From: a virus
Taxonomy: Duplodnaviria; Caudoviricetes
Virus record (IMG/VR): IMGVR_UViG_3300035670_000197
Location: 318-64,317 of that record
DNA length: 64,000 nucleotides
Direction: 5' to 3' (one strand)
Below the pieces are notes generated by a model, which saw nothing but the letters and a program-made list of their open reading frames with translations, made no database searches and had not been told where the DNA came from. A program made the translations under genes and the position numbers. This document shows, one piece after another, positions 54,939-64,000 of the stretch; within the stretch, counting starts at the first letter, position 1; each line of letters starts with the position of its first letter.

Positions 54939-55865
54939 TTGTCTAGAACAAAGGAGGGTGTACTGGTGGTCTGGAAACCAGAAAGCCTCATCACCGCCGC
55001 CAAAAAGGCAGGCGTTAGTTACGAAGTTGATAAGACTTGGCTAAGTGTTGACCCCTACGGCAAGGGCTTCCAACCTGTAGGAGTTGTTTGGCATCACACA
55101 GCGACATCGAATTTCGCACAAGGTGATGCACCTTCTCTTAACTGGTGTCGCTTCCCAGGACCATACGCAGGAGAGGCTCGTGCTTGTCATGTAGTTGTTG
55201 GTCGTTCGGGAAAGCTCTACATCATCGCTGGCTCAGGTGCGTATCACGCAGGTGCTGGTGGTCCTATGAAGGTCAATGGAACAAACATTCCTAAGGACCT
55301 CGGCAATCGCTATCTCATTGGAATCGAAATCGAAGCGTCCTCGACAACTAAGGTCAACTCCAAAAATTTGACAACACCAAAATCTGGACTCAATCCAATT
55401 CAGCTAGAAACAACTGCAAAGTTTTGTGCAGCACTATTTGATGAACTTGGTTGGCCTACCGATGCAGCCATCCGTCATAGAGATTGGGCACCTGGTAGAA
55501 AAGTGGATGTGGGTATTCCTCTAGAACAAATCCGAAAAGAAATAAACAAGTATCGGAAGAAGACCAATCCCACCCCGAATACCACCCCGAATCCCACCCC
55601 AATCCCGAACAACGAAATAACTTCTGTTCGTCTTGAAGACCTCAGACTCGGCAAGCGCAACAACTCAGTTCTGATTGTCAAGCGTGCACTCAATAAGCAA
55701 CTCAAAACAAATCTTCCACTCACCAATGAGTGGAATGCCTCTACCACTCGTCTCTATAAAAGGTGGCAGAAGCGGCAAGGGTACTATGGTAAGGATGCTG
55801 ACGGCCTCCCCGGAAGAGCATCTCTATCAGCACTTGGAAAACTGCATGGTTTCAAAGTAATCTAG
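54939..55865 (+). CDS. N-acetylmuramoyl-L-alanine amidase with cell-wall-binding tail
   Basis: VVWHHTA, YHAG, IGIEIE, RHRDWAPGRKVD; DADGLPG. Confidence 0.88.
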   Translation: MSRTKEGVLVVWKPESLITAAKKAGVSYEVDKTWLSVDPYGKGFQPVGVVWHHTATSNFAQGDAPSLNWCRFPGPYAGEARACHVVVGRSGKLYIIAGSGAYHAGAGGPMKVNGTNIPKDLGNRYLIGIEIEASSTTKVNSKNLTTPKSGLNPIQLETTAKFCAALFDELGWPTDAAIRHRDWAPGRKVDVGIPLEQIRKEINKYRKKTNPTPNTTPNPTPIPNNEITSVRLEDLRLGKRNNSVLIVKRALNKQLKTNLPLTNEWNASTTRLYKRWQKRQGYYGKDADGLPGRASLSALGKLHGFKVI

Positions 55866-55938
55866 TAACAAGGCAAAACCCCCTCCTTGCGCCAACAAGA
55901 AGGGGGTTTCGCTTTTATTCGCCTATCCAACCTGTCCC

Positions 55939-56490
55939 ATGGCAAACAGTTCAAGGAGGAAGCGCAATATGAAGGCCGTAACAACCGCTATTGCATTCGG
56001 AATCGTATCACTGCTGGCATTCACGAATCCAGCTTTTGCAGACGGAATTTCGTCAGCACCTACCCCCAGTTCACTACAAGATTTCAAACCTCGGGTTATC
56101 TACGGCTACTCCCACCCCGACATGCAAGGATGGAAGAGAAGTCAGTACCGAGGAAAGTTTTATTATAAAAGTCAAGAGCGTTGGAGGAAGTGCATCCAGT
56201 TCCGAGAATCAAGACACCACTATGGTGCAGCGAATAGTCGCTCGACAGCACGAGGTGCGTATCAGTTCCTTGACTCAAAGTGGAGACAACCTCTCACTCA
56301 CATGATTTATCCAGAGCTTCGAAGGATGCATGGTCAAGATGTCGCGAAGTCAATGCAGAAGACTCTCCAGCAGAACCCCATCCACAAGTGGTCACGAGAA
56401 ATTCAGGACATGGCCTTCTTCACCGTTCTCAATTATGAAGACATGTGGTCAGGTAAGAAGCACTGGTACCTCTACAACAGTTCTTGCTAA
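55939..56490 (+). CDS. Secreted lysozyme-like transglycosylase
   Basis: Signal peptide; CIQFRESR...ARGAYQFLD.KW...QD. Confidence 0.75.
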   Translation: MANSSRRKRNMKAVTTAIAFGIVSLLAFTNPAFADGISSAPTPSSLQDFKPRVIYGYSHPDMQGWKRSQYRGKFYYKSQERWRKCIQFRESRHHYGAANSRSTARGAYQFLDSKWRQPLTHMIYPELRRMHGQDVAKSMQKTLQQNPIHKWSREIQDMAFFTVLNYEDMWSGKKHWYLYNSSC

Positions 56491-56529
56491 CATCTGGTCT
56501 TTTCTACAGCAAGGTGTTAGGTTTTATCC

Positions 56530-56841
56530 ATGGACGAAACAGAGTATGAAGTAGTCACTCTCGTTGGTGGTATGAACCTCGCGGTTCACCCAAAAACTAA
56601 GTGTGCTGGTGAATGGTGTTGCATTCACAACCCCTCCAACCACCACATGAGGGAGTGGACGCAGTGGTGGCGTGGTGACCGTAAGTTGATGGAGCGTGTC
56701 TGTCCCCACGGCGTTGGTCACCCAGACCCAGACGACCCACAAAGTAAAGGTTATGGAGCGGTTCATGGGTGCGATGGGTGTTGTATACCCCCAGAAGGGT
56801 TTGAACAAGACATAATTGAATTAACAACCGATTACACCTAA
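56530..56841 (+). CDS. Cys/His-rich hypothetical protein
   Basis: CCIHNPS.HHM...ERVCPHGVGHPDPD...HGCDGCC. Confidence 0.75.
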   Translation: MDETEYEVVTLVGGMNLAVHPKTKCAGEWCCIHNPSNHHMREWTQWWRGDRKLMERVCPHGVGHPDPDDPQSKGYGAVHGCDGCCIPPEGFEQDIIELTTDYT

Positions 56842-56850
56842 GGACTCAAG

Positions 56851-57438
56851 ATGGACTTCGTAGAAGAAATAATTGACAAGCTTTCTCGTCAAATGATGCT
56901 TGATAACGGATACAACGAAACAGACAACCCCACCGAGTGGGACCTAGATATAAAAGACAGCCAGCATTCAATCGTGCGCGAGATGGTTGGGTTTGTTGTT
57001 ACCAACACCATCGAGGCAATCCAGTGTCTGCAACCAGAGGATGGAGAATCTGACGAGGCGTCAGAAGAGACTTCCGAACAAGATATTGATGAAGCGGTTC
57101 GAATCGAAATTGACCGCTACGGCAAGCGTTTGATGGAAATGCAGGATGGTGCAGTTCGTCAGCACGCAAACTTTTTTATCTTTTTAGATGCAGGCGCAGG
57201 CAATCCCCACTATGTTTCAGATGTACGAAAGTTCCTCGATGCTGTAGACCGTTTGGGCATCCCAGACGACACAGAAATCGAAGGCTCTTTGTATTTGAAT
57301 TTTGATTACGACAGTACGCAAATCGAAAAAATTGAATGTGGGGAGTGCGGACAAGATGACGTCATCGTTACTGCTCACAAGTGCGACGGTCGTTGGTTAG
57401 AGCGTTATCGAAAGTCCAAAGAGCAACAGGAGACGTAA
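56851..57438 (+). CDS. Hypothetical protein
   Basis: ORF track. Confidence 0.65.
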   Translation: MDFVEEIIDKLSRQMMLDNGYNETDNPTEWDLDIKDSQHSIVREMVGFVVTNTIEAIQCLQPEDGESDEASEETSEQDIDEAVRIEIDRYGKRLMEMQDGAVRQHANFFIFLDAGAGNPHYVSDVRKFLDAVDRLGIPDDTEIEGSLYLNFDYDSTQIEKIECGECGQDDVIVTAHKCDGRWLERYRKSKEQQET

Positions 57439-57794
57439 TGATTTATATCTCTGGTCCAATGACTGGATACCCAGACTGGAACTACCCAGCTTTTAATGAA
57501 GCAGCAGAGTTTCTCAAAAGCAAAGGGTACGAGGTATTTAACCCCGCAGAGATTTTTGAAGGTAGAACTGACCTTCCTCGTCATGTTTACATGAAGGAAG
57601 ACATCAAAGCACTTCTTGAGTGCGACACCGTTATGTTGCTTAAAGGGTGGGAGGAATCTCAAGGCGCTTTGCTTGAGGTAGACATCGCTTTCGAAATTGG
57701 TCTACCAGTTCTTGAACTAGATTTGACGGCAGTTGGCGACCAAAAAGTGAAGGTGGTTGAAAATGTGCGACGACGTAGCGGTTCGATGGTCTGA
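57438..57794 (+). CDS. DUF4406 (nucleoside deoxyribosyltransferase-like) protein
   Basis: IYISGPMTG...N.PAF...NPAE...GWEESQGA.LE. Confidence 0.85.
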   Translation: MIYISGPMTGYPDWNYPAFNEAAEFLKSKGYEVFNPAEIFEGRTDLPRHVYMKEDIKALLECDTVMLLKGWEESQGALLEVDIAFEIGLPVLELDLTAVGDQKVKVVENVRRRSGSMV

Positions 57795-57993
57795 GTTTGA
57801 GGCAACTAGACGCAATATTCAGGACGAAGAACGAAACAATATCTGCCGAGCTATTGACAGCTACATTGAGCAGTGCAAGGCTAACCCCTCAGTAAACAAT
57901 TACTTTTTGGCTGGTTTAGAAGTGGCCCTAGACATCGCCAGCGATGTGGATAGGCATACCCCTCCCCGTTTGAACCAGCCCACGCTTTTCTAG
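57763..57993 (+). CDS. Hypothetical protein
   Basis: ORF track. Confidence 0.55.
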   Translation: MCDDVAVRWSEFEATRRNIQDEERNNICRAIDSYIEQCKANPSVNNYFLAGLEVALDIASDVDRHTPPRLNQPTLF

Positions 57994-58067
57994 AAACTTA
58001 GGGGCTGTAGTACGCTCAGACCACTGAGCTTTTTACGGCTTGACGACTACTACAAACGGAGTGAACT

Positions 58068-60113
58068 GTGGCTATTTCTTTTTCTTTTCGCATCTCTGAA
58101 GACTTTGTTTCTTCATACAAAGATAAGCAAGCACCGTTTGGTTATCGAGATGCGGGAGGAAACTCCGTTGGGGAAATTACTTTTCTTCGCACTTACTCAC
58201 GACTAAAGGAAGATGGCACCAAAGAGACTTGGGTAGATGTTTGCGAGCGCGTTATCAATGGCATGTACTCACTTCAGAAGGACCACTGCAAAACAAGTCG
58301 TCTTCCGTGGAACGACGCAAAGGCTCAGTCGTCAGCTAAAGAAGCATTTGACCGTCTCTTTAATTTGAAGTGGACACCACCTGGGCGTGGTCTTTGGGTT
58401 ATGGGAACTTCAATCGTTAACGAGCAGCGCAACTCTGCTGCTTTGCAAAACTGTGCATTTGTTTCTACATCAGAGATGAATAAGAACAACCCAGCTAAGC
58501 CATTTGGTTTTCTCATGGAAGCATCAATGCTTGGCGTTGGTGTTGGTTTTGACGACAAGGGCGCAGACAAAGATTTCACTATTTATAAGCCACAAGGGGA
58601 AGAACATGTCACGATTCCCGACACTCGTGAAGGATGGGTTGAATCAACTTGTCTTCTCATCAACTCTTATCTCAAAGAAAGTCAGAAGGCTCCTATCTTC
58701 GACTACTCAGAGATTCGTCCACTTGGTGCTCCCATCAAGACCTTTGGTGGAACAGCAGCAGGACCAGACCCGCTCATCAAACTTCACGACTACATTCGTA
58801 AACTATTTTCCAAGCGTGCAGGCAAGAAGCTCACTCGCGTTGACATCGCAGATATCGGCAACCTCATCGGAGTCTGTGTCGTATCGGGTAACGTCCGCCG
58901 TTCCGCAGAACTTCTCATTGGTCGCATTGACGACGACGAGTTCCTCAATCTCAAGAATAAGGACAAGTTCCCCGAACGTAATTCTTACGACCCAGATGCA
59001 CCCGGTTGGGGATGGATGTCAAACAACTCTGTCGAAGTCTCTGTTGGACAAGACCTATCACCAATTGTCGAAGGCATCTCACGCAATGGTGAACCTGGTG
59101 TTATTTGGCTCGATGTGTCTCGCAAATATGGTCGTCTCGCGGATGGACAAAACGACAAGGACTGGCGAGTAGCTGGCTACAACCCTTGCGCTGAACAGTC
59201 GCTTGAGTCATATGAAATGTGCACTCTTGTCGAGACTTACCTCAACCGCCACGACTCACTTGAGGATTACAAGCGCACACTGAAGTTCGCGTATCTTTAC
59301 GCAAAGACCGTCACTCTTCTCCCAACCCACTGGGAAGAGACAAACGCAATCATGCAGCGTAACCGTCGCATTGGTACATCAATGTCAGGTGTTGCAAACT
59401 TCGCAGACCGAAAGGGTCTCCCAGTTCTTCGTAACTGGATGGACGAAGGCTATGAGAATGTAAAGAGGTACGATACGGTCTACTCAGAGTGGCTTGGAGT
59501 TCGTGAGTCAATTAAGACCACAACCGTTAAGCCTTCTGGCACCGTCTCCATCCTCGCAGGAGAGTCACCCGGAGTTCACTGGACACCAGGTGGTAAGTAC
59601 TTCCTTCGCACTATTCGTTTCTCAAACACTGACCCGATGCTTCCACTTTTCAAGATGGCGAACTACAAGATTGAAAAGGCAAGCGAGTCACCAGACACAA
59701 CTTCTGTTGTCTACTTCCCAATAAAGTCAGATGCAGAGCGTGCAGAGCGAGACGTTTCTATCTACGAGAAGATGTCACTCGCAGCAGTTGCTCAGCGTTA
59801 TTGGTCTGACAACTCTGTCTCTGTAACTATCTCTTTTGACCCAGAAACAGAGTCAAAGGATATTGGCACAGTTCTTCACATGTACGACGGTCAGCTCAAG
59901 ACTGTCTCATTCCTTCCGTCAGGCAATCACACATACCCACAGATGCCTTACACACAAATCACGGAGAAGGAATACGAGAAATACACGATGAAGCTCTTCC
60001 CAATTGACTTCTCTGGGGTTTATGCTGGTATGGCAGCCGATGCTATTGGCGAGGCATACTGCACCACAGATGCATGTGAGATTAAGTTCGTCAAGGAAAA
60101 CACGAAGGAATAA
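58068..60113 (+). CDS. nrdJ: Class II (B12-dependent) ribonucleoside-triphosphate reductase
   Basis: TFLRTYSR, PPGRGLW, ALQNC, GNVRRSAE, YNPCAEQ, TVKPSGT, C-terminal CTTDAC. Confidence 0.93.
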   Translation: MAISFSFRISEDFVSSYKDKQAPFGYRDAGGNSVGEITFLRTYSRLKEDGTKETWVDVCERVINGMYSLQKDHCKTSRLPWNDAKAQSSAKEAFDRLFNLKWTPPGRGLWVMGTSIVNEQRNSAALQNCAFVSTSEMNKNNPAKPFGFLMEASMLGVGVGFDDKGADKDFTIYKPQGEEHVTIPDTREGWVESTCLLINSYLKESQKAPIFDYSEIRPLGAPIKTFGGTAAGPDPLIKLHDYIRKLFSKRAGKKLTRVDIADIGNLIGVCVVSGNVRRSAELLIGRIDDDEFLNLKNKDKFPERNSYDPDAPGWGWMSNNSVEVSVGQDLSPIVEGISRNGEPGVIWLDVSRKYGRLADGQNDKDWRVAGYNPCAEQSLESYEMCTLVETYLNRHDSLEDYKRTLKFAYLYAKTVTLLPTHWEETNAIMQRNRRIGTSMSGVANFADRKGLPVLRNWMDEGYENVKRYDTVYSEWLGVRESIKTTTVKPSGTVSILAGESPGVHWTPGGKYFLRTIRFSNTDPMLPLFKMANYKIEKASESPDTTSVVYFPIKSDAERAERDVSIYEKMSLAAVAQRYWSDNSVSVTISFDPETESKDIGTVLHMYDGQLKTVSFLPSGNHTYPQMPYTQITEKEYEKYTMKLFPIDFSGVYAGMAADAIGEAYCTTDACEIKFVKENTKE

Positions 60114-60115
60114 CT

Positions 60116-60559
60116 TTGGACCTCAACGAGCACCACCTACCAGAAGACGCTGGAGAGTATGCGGAGGGATTGTCCAAGATTATGGACAGAATTCCAGACG
60201 GCTGGGGTCGATGGATTTCGCATGGTAAGGGTTGGTACAAAATCATCTGTGAAACAGACGAGATGCTTTCGTACATTGACCCTGATTACGAAATTCATCA
60301 GGTCAAGGAAAAGTTTGGAACTCTTCGTTTCTACTACCAATCTAATACTTACTCATACGACAGCATCCAAGTAAAGGTTATGGATGCATTAGTTGGAAGA
60401 GCAGAACAGCGTTCATCCATGACCTGTGAGAGCTGCGGAGCTTGGCAAGGAATGGAAGACACAGTAAAACTGCAAACAAGCAGGTACTACGTCAGAACTT
60501 TGTGCTCAACATGCGCTATTGCAAATGGGTACACCCCCACCGAAGACCCCGAGGATTAA
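60116..60559 (+). CDS. Hypothetical protein (QVKEKFGTLRFY family)
   Basis: GW...QVKEKFG.LRFY...CESCG...LC..C. Confidence 0.75.
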   Translation: MDLNEHHLPEDAGEYAEGLSKIMDRIPDGWGRWISHGKGWYKIICETDEMLSYIDPDYEIHQVKEKFGTLRFYYQSNTYSYDSIQVKVMDALVGRAEQRSSMTCESCGAWQGMEDTVKLQTSRYYVRTLCSTCAIANGYTPTEDPED

Positions 60560-60587
60560 CTACTTTTAGATGGTCTAAACTCTGGCA

Positions 60588-61451
60588 ATGACCAGATATC
60601 CAGTAAAGAAAGTCGTTCTCCCCTCAGACATGAAGGGTTTGACGAACGGAAAACTTCCGTCTTCCCTTTTAAAAGCAATTGGGCCATACGGGAAGATGCA
60701 TCACCTAGCTTCCGATGCTTGGGAAGCCCTACGCGCTCGCGCTAAGCAAGACGGTATCGAACTTGTACATGTTGGCGACTATCGCTCATACGAGTCCCAA
60801 CTTGCGATGTTCATGGACCGCTATGTCAAGGGAGATTCTGGCGACCCCCGACGCATCACAAGAACTTTCCAAGGTCAGCGTTGGATGCTCAAGAAGGGCA
60901 AAGCGCCAAGTGCCTCGCCCGGTACATCTAACCACGGGTGGGGTTTGGCGATTGACGCAGCTCTAAAAGTAAATGGAAAAGTTGTTTCTATCACCAGCCA
61001 TCCAAAAGGCAGAACTTCTCACAAGTCTGGCGTTGACTGGTTGATGCAACATGCAGATACTTTTGGCTTCTCTTGGGAAGTCGAGTCAGGTTCTCAAGCA
61101 GAAGCGTGGCATATTCGTTATTACGCAGGGGACAATGTTCCTCAAGCAGTTCGTGACTACATTTTTGGTACAGCCCCAACACCACCGAAACCAGCTGAAA
61201 CACCAGTAAGCGAAGACCACCCAGCACCACCAAAAATTATTGTGAAGAAGCCTTTCCCAGGAGAAATCCGTCGCGGCTCGAAGAACAAGAGGGCGGTCAA
61301 AGAAATACAAACTCGACTTGGTATTAAAGTGGATGGTGACTTCGGTCCAAAGACAGAAGCGGCTGTTCGCGCTTTCCAAAAGCAAAACCCATCTTGCGGG
61401 CGACCAGACGGTGTAGTTGGACCCCGAACTTGGAAGGCGATGTTTGGATGA
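60588..61451 (+). CDS. M15-family peptidase endolysin with PG-binding domain
   Basis: YRSYESQ, PGTSNHGWGLAID, EAWH; VDGDFGPKTEAAVRAFQ. Confidence 0.88.
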   Translation: MTRYPVKKVVLPSDMKGLTNGKLPSSLLKAIGPYGKMHHLASDAWEALRARAKQDGIELVHVGDYRSYESQLAMFMDRYVKGDSGDPRRITRTFQGQRWMLKKGKAPSASPGTSNHGWGLAIDAALKVNGKVVSITSHPKGRTSHKSGVDWLMQHADTFGFSWEVESGSQAEAWHIRYYAGDNVPQAVRDYIFGTAPTPPKPAETPVSEDHPAPPKIIVKKPFPGEIRRGSKNKRAVKEIQTRLGIKVDGDFGPKTEAAVRAFQKQNPSCGRPDGVVGPRTWKAMFG

Positions 61452-61948
61452 GATTCAAGGACTTCGGTTGTGAGTCTCCCTTTGTAAAGATTTACAAGGA
61501 TGACATTTCTATTAGAACCACGACCTATGACGACCTTGAGCCAATCTCAAAACTTCGTTCTGAAAACAAAGACCACCTTTCCCCGTGGACCTCTTTTCCA
61601 GATGTTCCCTCCGACTCTGAAGAAGGTTATGCGTTTACTATCCGTTACAAGGATGAGATAGTTGGTGAAGTTGTTTTGTGGTATTTCACCTATAAGAGCT
61701 GCTTTATCAGTTACTGGGTAGATAAAAACCACTGCAATCAAGGAATCGGAACAACTGCCGTTTCTATGGCGACTCTTTATGCTTTAGACAACTATGACGT
61801 AGATTCAGTAAAAGCGTCTATACAACCAAGCAATTTAGTAAGTATTCGACTAGCAGAGAAGCTCGGCTTTAAAAGCCTCGGAGTTTCGGACTACTTGCGA
61901 GTGCAGGACGGCTACGAGAAGCACGACCTCTACGCTTTTGAGAGGTAA
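61448..61948 (+). CDS. GNAT acetyltransferase (RimJ/RimL-like)
   Basis: ISYWVD...NQGIGT...N..SIRLAEKLGF. Confidence 0.85.
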   Translation: MRFKDFGCESPFVKIYKDDISIRTTTYDDLEPISKLRSENKDHLSPWTSFPDVPSDSEEGYAFTIRYKDEIVGEVVLWYFTYKSCFISYWVDKNHCNQGIGTTAVSMATLYALDNYDVDSVKASIQPSNLVSIRLAEKLGFKSLGVSDYLRVQDGYEKHDLYAFER

Positions 61949-62009
61949 CAACTCTTCCACTTAGTTTTATTATGGAATTATCCCTTATTCCATAAAAGTT
62001 AGGAAGAAA

Positions 62010-62741
62010 TTGTCATTAGTTAGATGGCCCATAGATGGTGTCTATGGGAAGCATTTCAAAACCACATCCTCCTTCGGTTGGAGGATTCACCCCATCGAAA
62101 AAACAAAAAAGCACCACAATGGCGAGGACCTTTGGGCAGCTCCCAAAGAAGTCCTCATTAAGGCATTTGCTGATGGAAAAGTTCTCAAAGCAAAAAAGTC
62201 TGGTGCTCCAGGTGGAGGTTACGGTTGGTTCGTCCAGATTCGACACAAAATTGACGGACAGTATTACACCTCGTGTTACGCACACATGGTTGAAGGCTCT
62301 CTCGCTGTAAAAGAGGGACAGAATGTCACTGCTGGAACTGTCATCGGTTTGATGGGTTCCACTGGAGCGTCAACTGGAAAGCACCTTCACTTTGAAATCT
62401 GGAAAGGCAAGACACACGGTTGGTCTGCTGACGGTTCTGGATTCGTAGACCCAGTTCTTTTTGTAGAGGGTCTCATCAAGAAACAAACAGCAATTGCCAA
62501 TGCTCCTCTGCCCACCCCCGCAGATGCGCCAGTTGCTCCTGCACCTGTTCACGGTCCTAAACCAGCAGCTCCTGCTAAGCCAGCAGCTCCTGCTAAGCCA
62601 AAGACTTACACAGTCAAACGAGGAGACACGCTGACCAAGATTGCAAAAGAGAACAAAACAACCGTTAAGGCACTCCAAGAACTAAACAAAATAAAGAATG
62701 CCAACCTCATCAGAGTTGGACAAGTCATTAAACTTGGCTAG
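62010..62741 (+). CDS. M23 peptidase with LysM domain
   Basis: HHNGED, YAHM, STG.HLHFE; YTVKRGDTL.KIA...N.I.VGQ. Confidence 0.9.
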   Translation: MSLVRWPIDGVYGKHFKTTSSFGWRIHPIEKTKKHHNGEDLWAAPKEVLIKAFADGKVLKAKKSGAPGGGYGWFVQIRHKIDGQYYTSCYAHMVEGSLAVKEGQNVTAGTVIGLMGSTGASTGKHLHFEIWKGKTHGWSADGSGFVDPVLFVEGLIKKQTAIANAPLPTPADAPVAPAPVHGPKPAAPAKPAAPAKPKTYTVKRGDTLTKIAKENKTTVKALQELNKIKNANLIRVGQVIKLG

Positions 62742-62914
62742 TGCCTACTTACGAATATAAGTGCGATGAGGGGCACTTGTACATCGAAGAGCGTCTCATG
62801 TCTGAGGACCAAAAGGTGTATGAGTGCCCCCAATGCTCTGCGCCACTAAAACGTATTTTTAGCCCTTCTGGTATAACATTTAAGGGCAGGGGCTTCTACT
62901 CAACAGGAGGATAG
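62741..62914 (+). CDS. FmdB-like Zn-ribbon protein (not in ORF track)
   Basis: MPTYEYKC...CPQC...FKGRGFYST. Confidence 0.8.
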   Translation: MPTYEYKCDEGHLYIEERLMSEDQKVYECPQCSAPLKRIFSPSGITFKGRGFYSTGG

Positions 62915-63249
62915 TGATGGCTAACGAAGAGATTATCGACGCCGAGGTAGTCGAAGACGAAGGCGAACTTATTACTGAGATTTATTATATGTTGTGCTAC
63001 CACGTTCAAAGTAAGAGGTGGTACGCAGCCCCCCACATGATTCAGGTATTCACTCAAGGCGCTGGGGAAGTCCTCGAAGGAAATGGGCTTTCAGGCAAGT
63101 GGAGGCCCCTCGAAGATGGTCTTGAAAAAGACATCGACTTTGACAACATTGAGCTAATCTCTGCTTTCCTACGGAAAGCGAACAACTTAGATGGAACGAA
63201 TCAAGAAAGCCCTCAGCAGATACTTGGACAGGAAGTTGATGCGGAATGA
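62914..63249 (+). CDS. Hypothetical protein
   Basis: ORF track, AGGAGG RBS. Confidence 0.65.
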   Translation: MMANEEIIDAEVVEDEGELITEIYYMLCYHVQSKRWYAAPHMIQVFTQGAGEVLEGNGLSGKWRPLEDGLEKDIDFDNIELISAFLRKANNLDGTNQESPQQILGQEVDAE

Positions 63250-63395
63250 GTACTCCGTTAGATGGGCGTTCACTAACCCTTACTCCCGTAGATTTTCCAG
63301 AGTGGAAGCACAAAGTCTTAAAGTTCGTCGCCTCCCTATTGCTGATTAAAAGAGCAAATTACATCCTTGTAATTCATTCACTTGAGAAAAACTAA
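63246..63395 (+). CDS. Small hypothetical protein
   Basis: ATGA overlap; 49 aa. Confidence 0.4.
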   Translation: MSTPLDGRSLTLTPVDFPEWKHKVLKFVASLLLIKRANYILVIHSLEKN

Positions 63396-63459
63396 TTGAT
63401 GTTTGCTTGACTTTCTATCTTTTTGTCATAGAGTTTTATTAATGACAAAAGGAGAATGA

Positions 63460-63711
63460 TTGCTAGTAACGGTTTACACAACGCCGAACTGTGTGGCGTG
63501 TAATTCTACGAAGAGACAGTTTCAGAAACTAGGCGTTCGTTATGACGAAGTTGCCTTAGAGAATCACCCCGAACTGATTGACCAATTCAAAGAGAAGGGT
63601 CATATTCAGGCACCCATCGTTGTTGCTGGGGAGAGTATCTGGTCAGGGTACCGACACGAAAAGATACAAAACTTGGCAGCAAAGTTCAATAGAGAAAGTA
63701 ATAACAAATGA
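63460..63711 (+). CDS. nrdH: Glutaredoxin-like NrdH
   Basis: VYTTPNCVAC..TK...QAPIV...WSGYR. Confidence 0.88.
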   Translation: MLVTVYTTPNCVACNSTKRQFQKLGVRYDEVALENHPELIDQFKEKGHIQAPIVVAGESIWSGYRHEKIQNLAAKFNRESNNK

Positions 63712-63929
63712 CAACAACACTGACACAAGAACAAGTCCTTGAGTATTTTGCCCATGGTGTCAAAAAGGGAAAAATCAATGGAGCATTTTCCGAAAGAGAG
63801 ATGATTCTCGGCATTCTCTCTGACCCTGAATTTCACGACGAAGTAGACAGGAACTGGCGTGGAGATGCGACTATCTACGAGGTAATCGTGAAATTACTCC
63901 GAAATCGGCTACCGAAATCTACGAGATAA
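63708..63929 (+). CDS. Hypothetical protein
   Basis: ORF track. Confidence 0.6.
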   Translation: MTTTLTQEQVLEYFAHGVKKGKINGAFSEREMILGILSDPEFHDEVDRNWRGDATIYEVIVKLLRNRLPKSTR

Positions 63930-63970
63930 TAAAACCAAGAAGGTTTCCTCCCCGACAAGGAAAAGGCAAG

Positions 63971-63995
63971 TGGCGGTCGAAAGACCGCCATTTGT
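63971..63995 (+). terminator. Intrinsic terminator-like hairpin
   Basis: TGGCGGTC-GAAA-GACCGCCA-TTT. Confidence 0.65.
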
Positions 63996-64000
63996 CTTCT

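Noticed and set aside
57994-58067. NrdR box or cobalamin riboswitch upstream of nrdJ
   Set aside because: No match to either consensus visible in the 74-nt gap

Overview
A 64-kb segment of a large tailed phage of Actinobacteria (siphovirus-like; head and tail genes organised like the mycobacteriophage cluster B type with separate hexamer and pentamer capsid proteins). It has three blocks. (1) 1-26.9 kb, minus strand: virion morphogenesis, read as portal, three unusually large multidomain head-module proteins (489, 2598 and 1682 aa), capsid genes, major tail protein, adaptor, tail terminator, tail chaperones and the start of the tape measure gene. The 2598-aa protein carries an intact DEDDh exonuclease and a C-terminal HipA/PI4K-like kinase and is followed by two small acidic ORFs, like a toxin-immunity module. 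A recurrent [ILV]-x-A-[AS] motif at domain junctions suggests polyprotein processing. (2) 27-49 kb: about 50 small early/host-takeover-like genes plus tRNA-Glu, driven by about 20 sigma-A-type promoters. Three dispersed motifs mark this block: TGCAGGAAGGT in promoter spacers, AACGACGAAAGGAC leaders and a transcription-oriented GTAAAAA. It contains a candidate structured ncRNA and is bounded by two odd non-coding repeat regions (possible long terminal repeat ends). (3) 49-64 kb: TerS-like gene, holin, an AT-rich candidate origin, glycosyltransferase, several peptidoglycan hydrolases, class II ribonucleotide reductase and NrdH. All functional calls are from motif recognition by eye; no searches or counts were computed.
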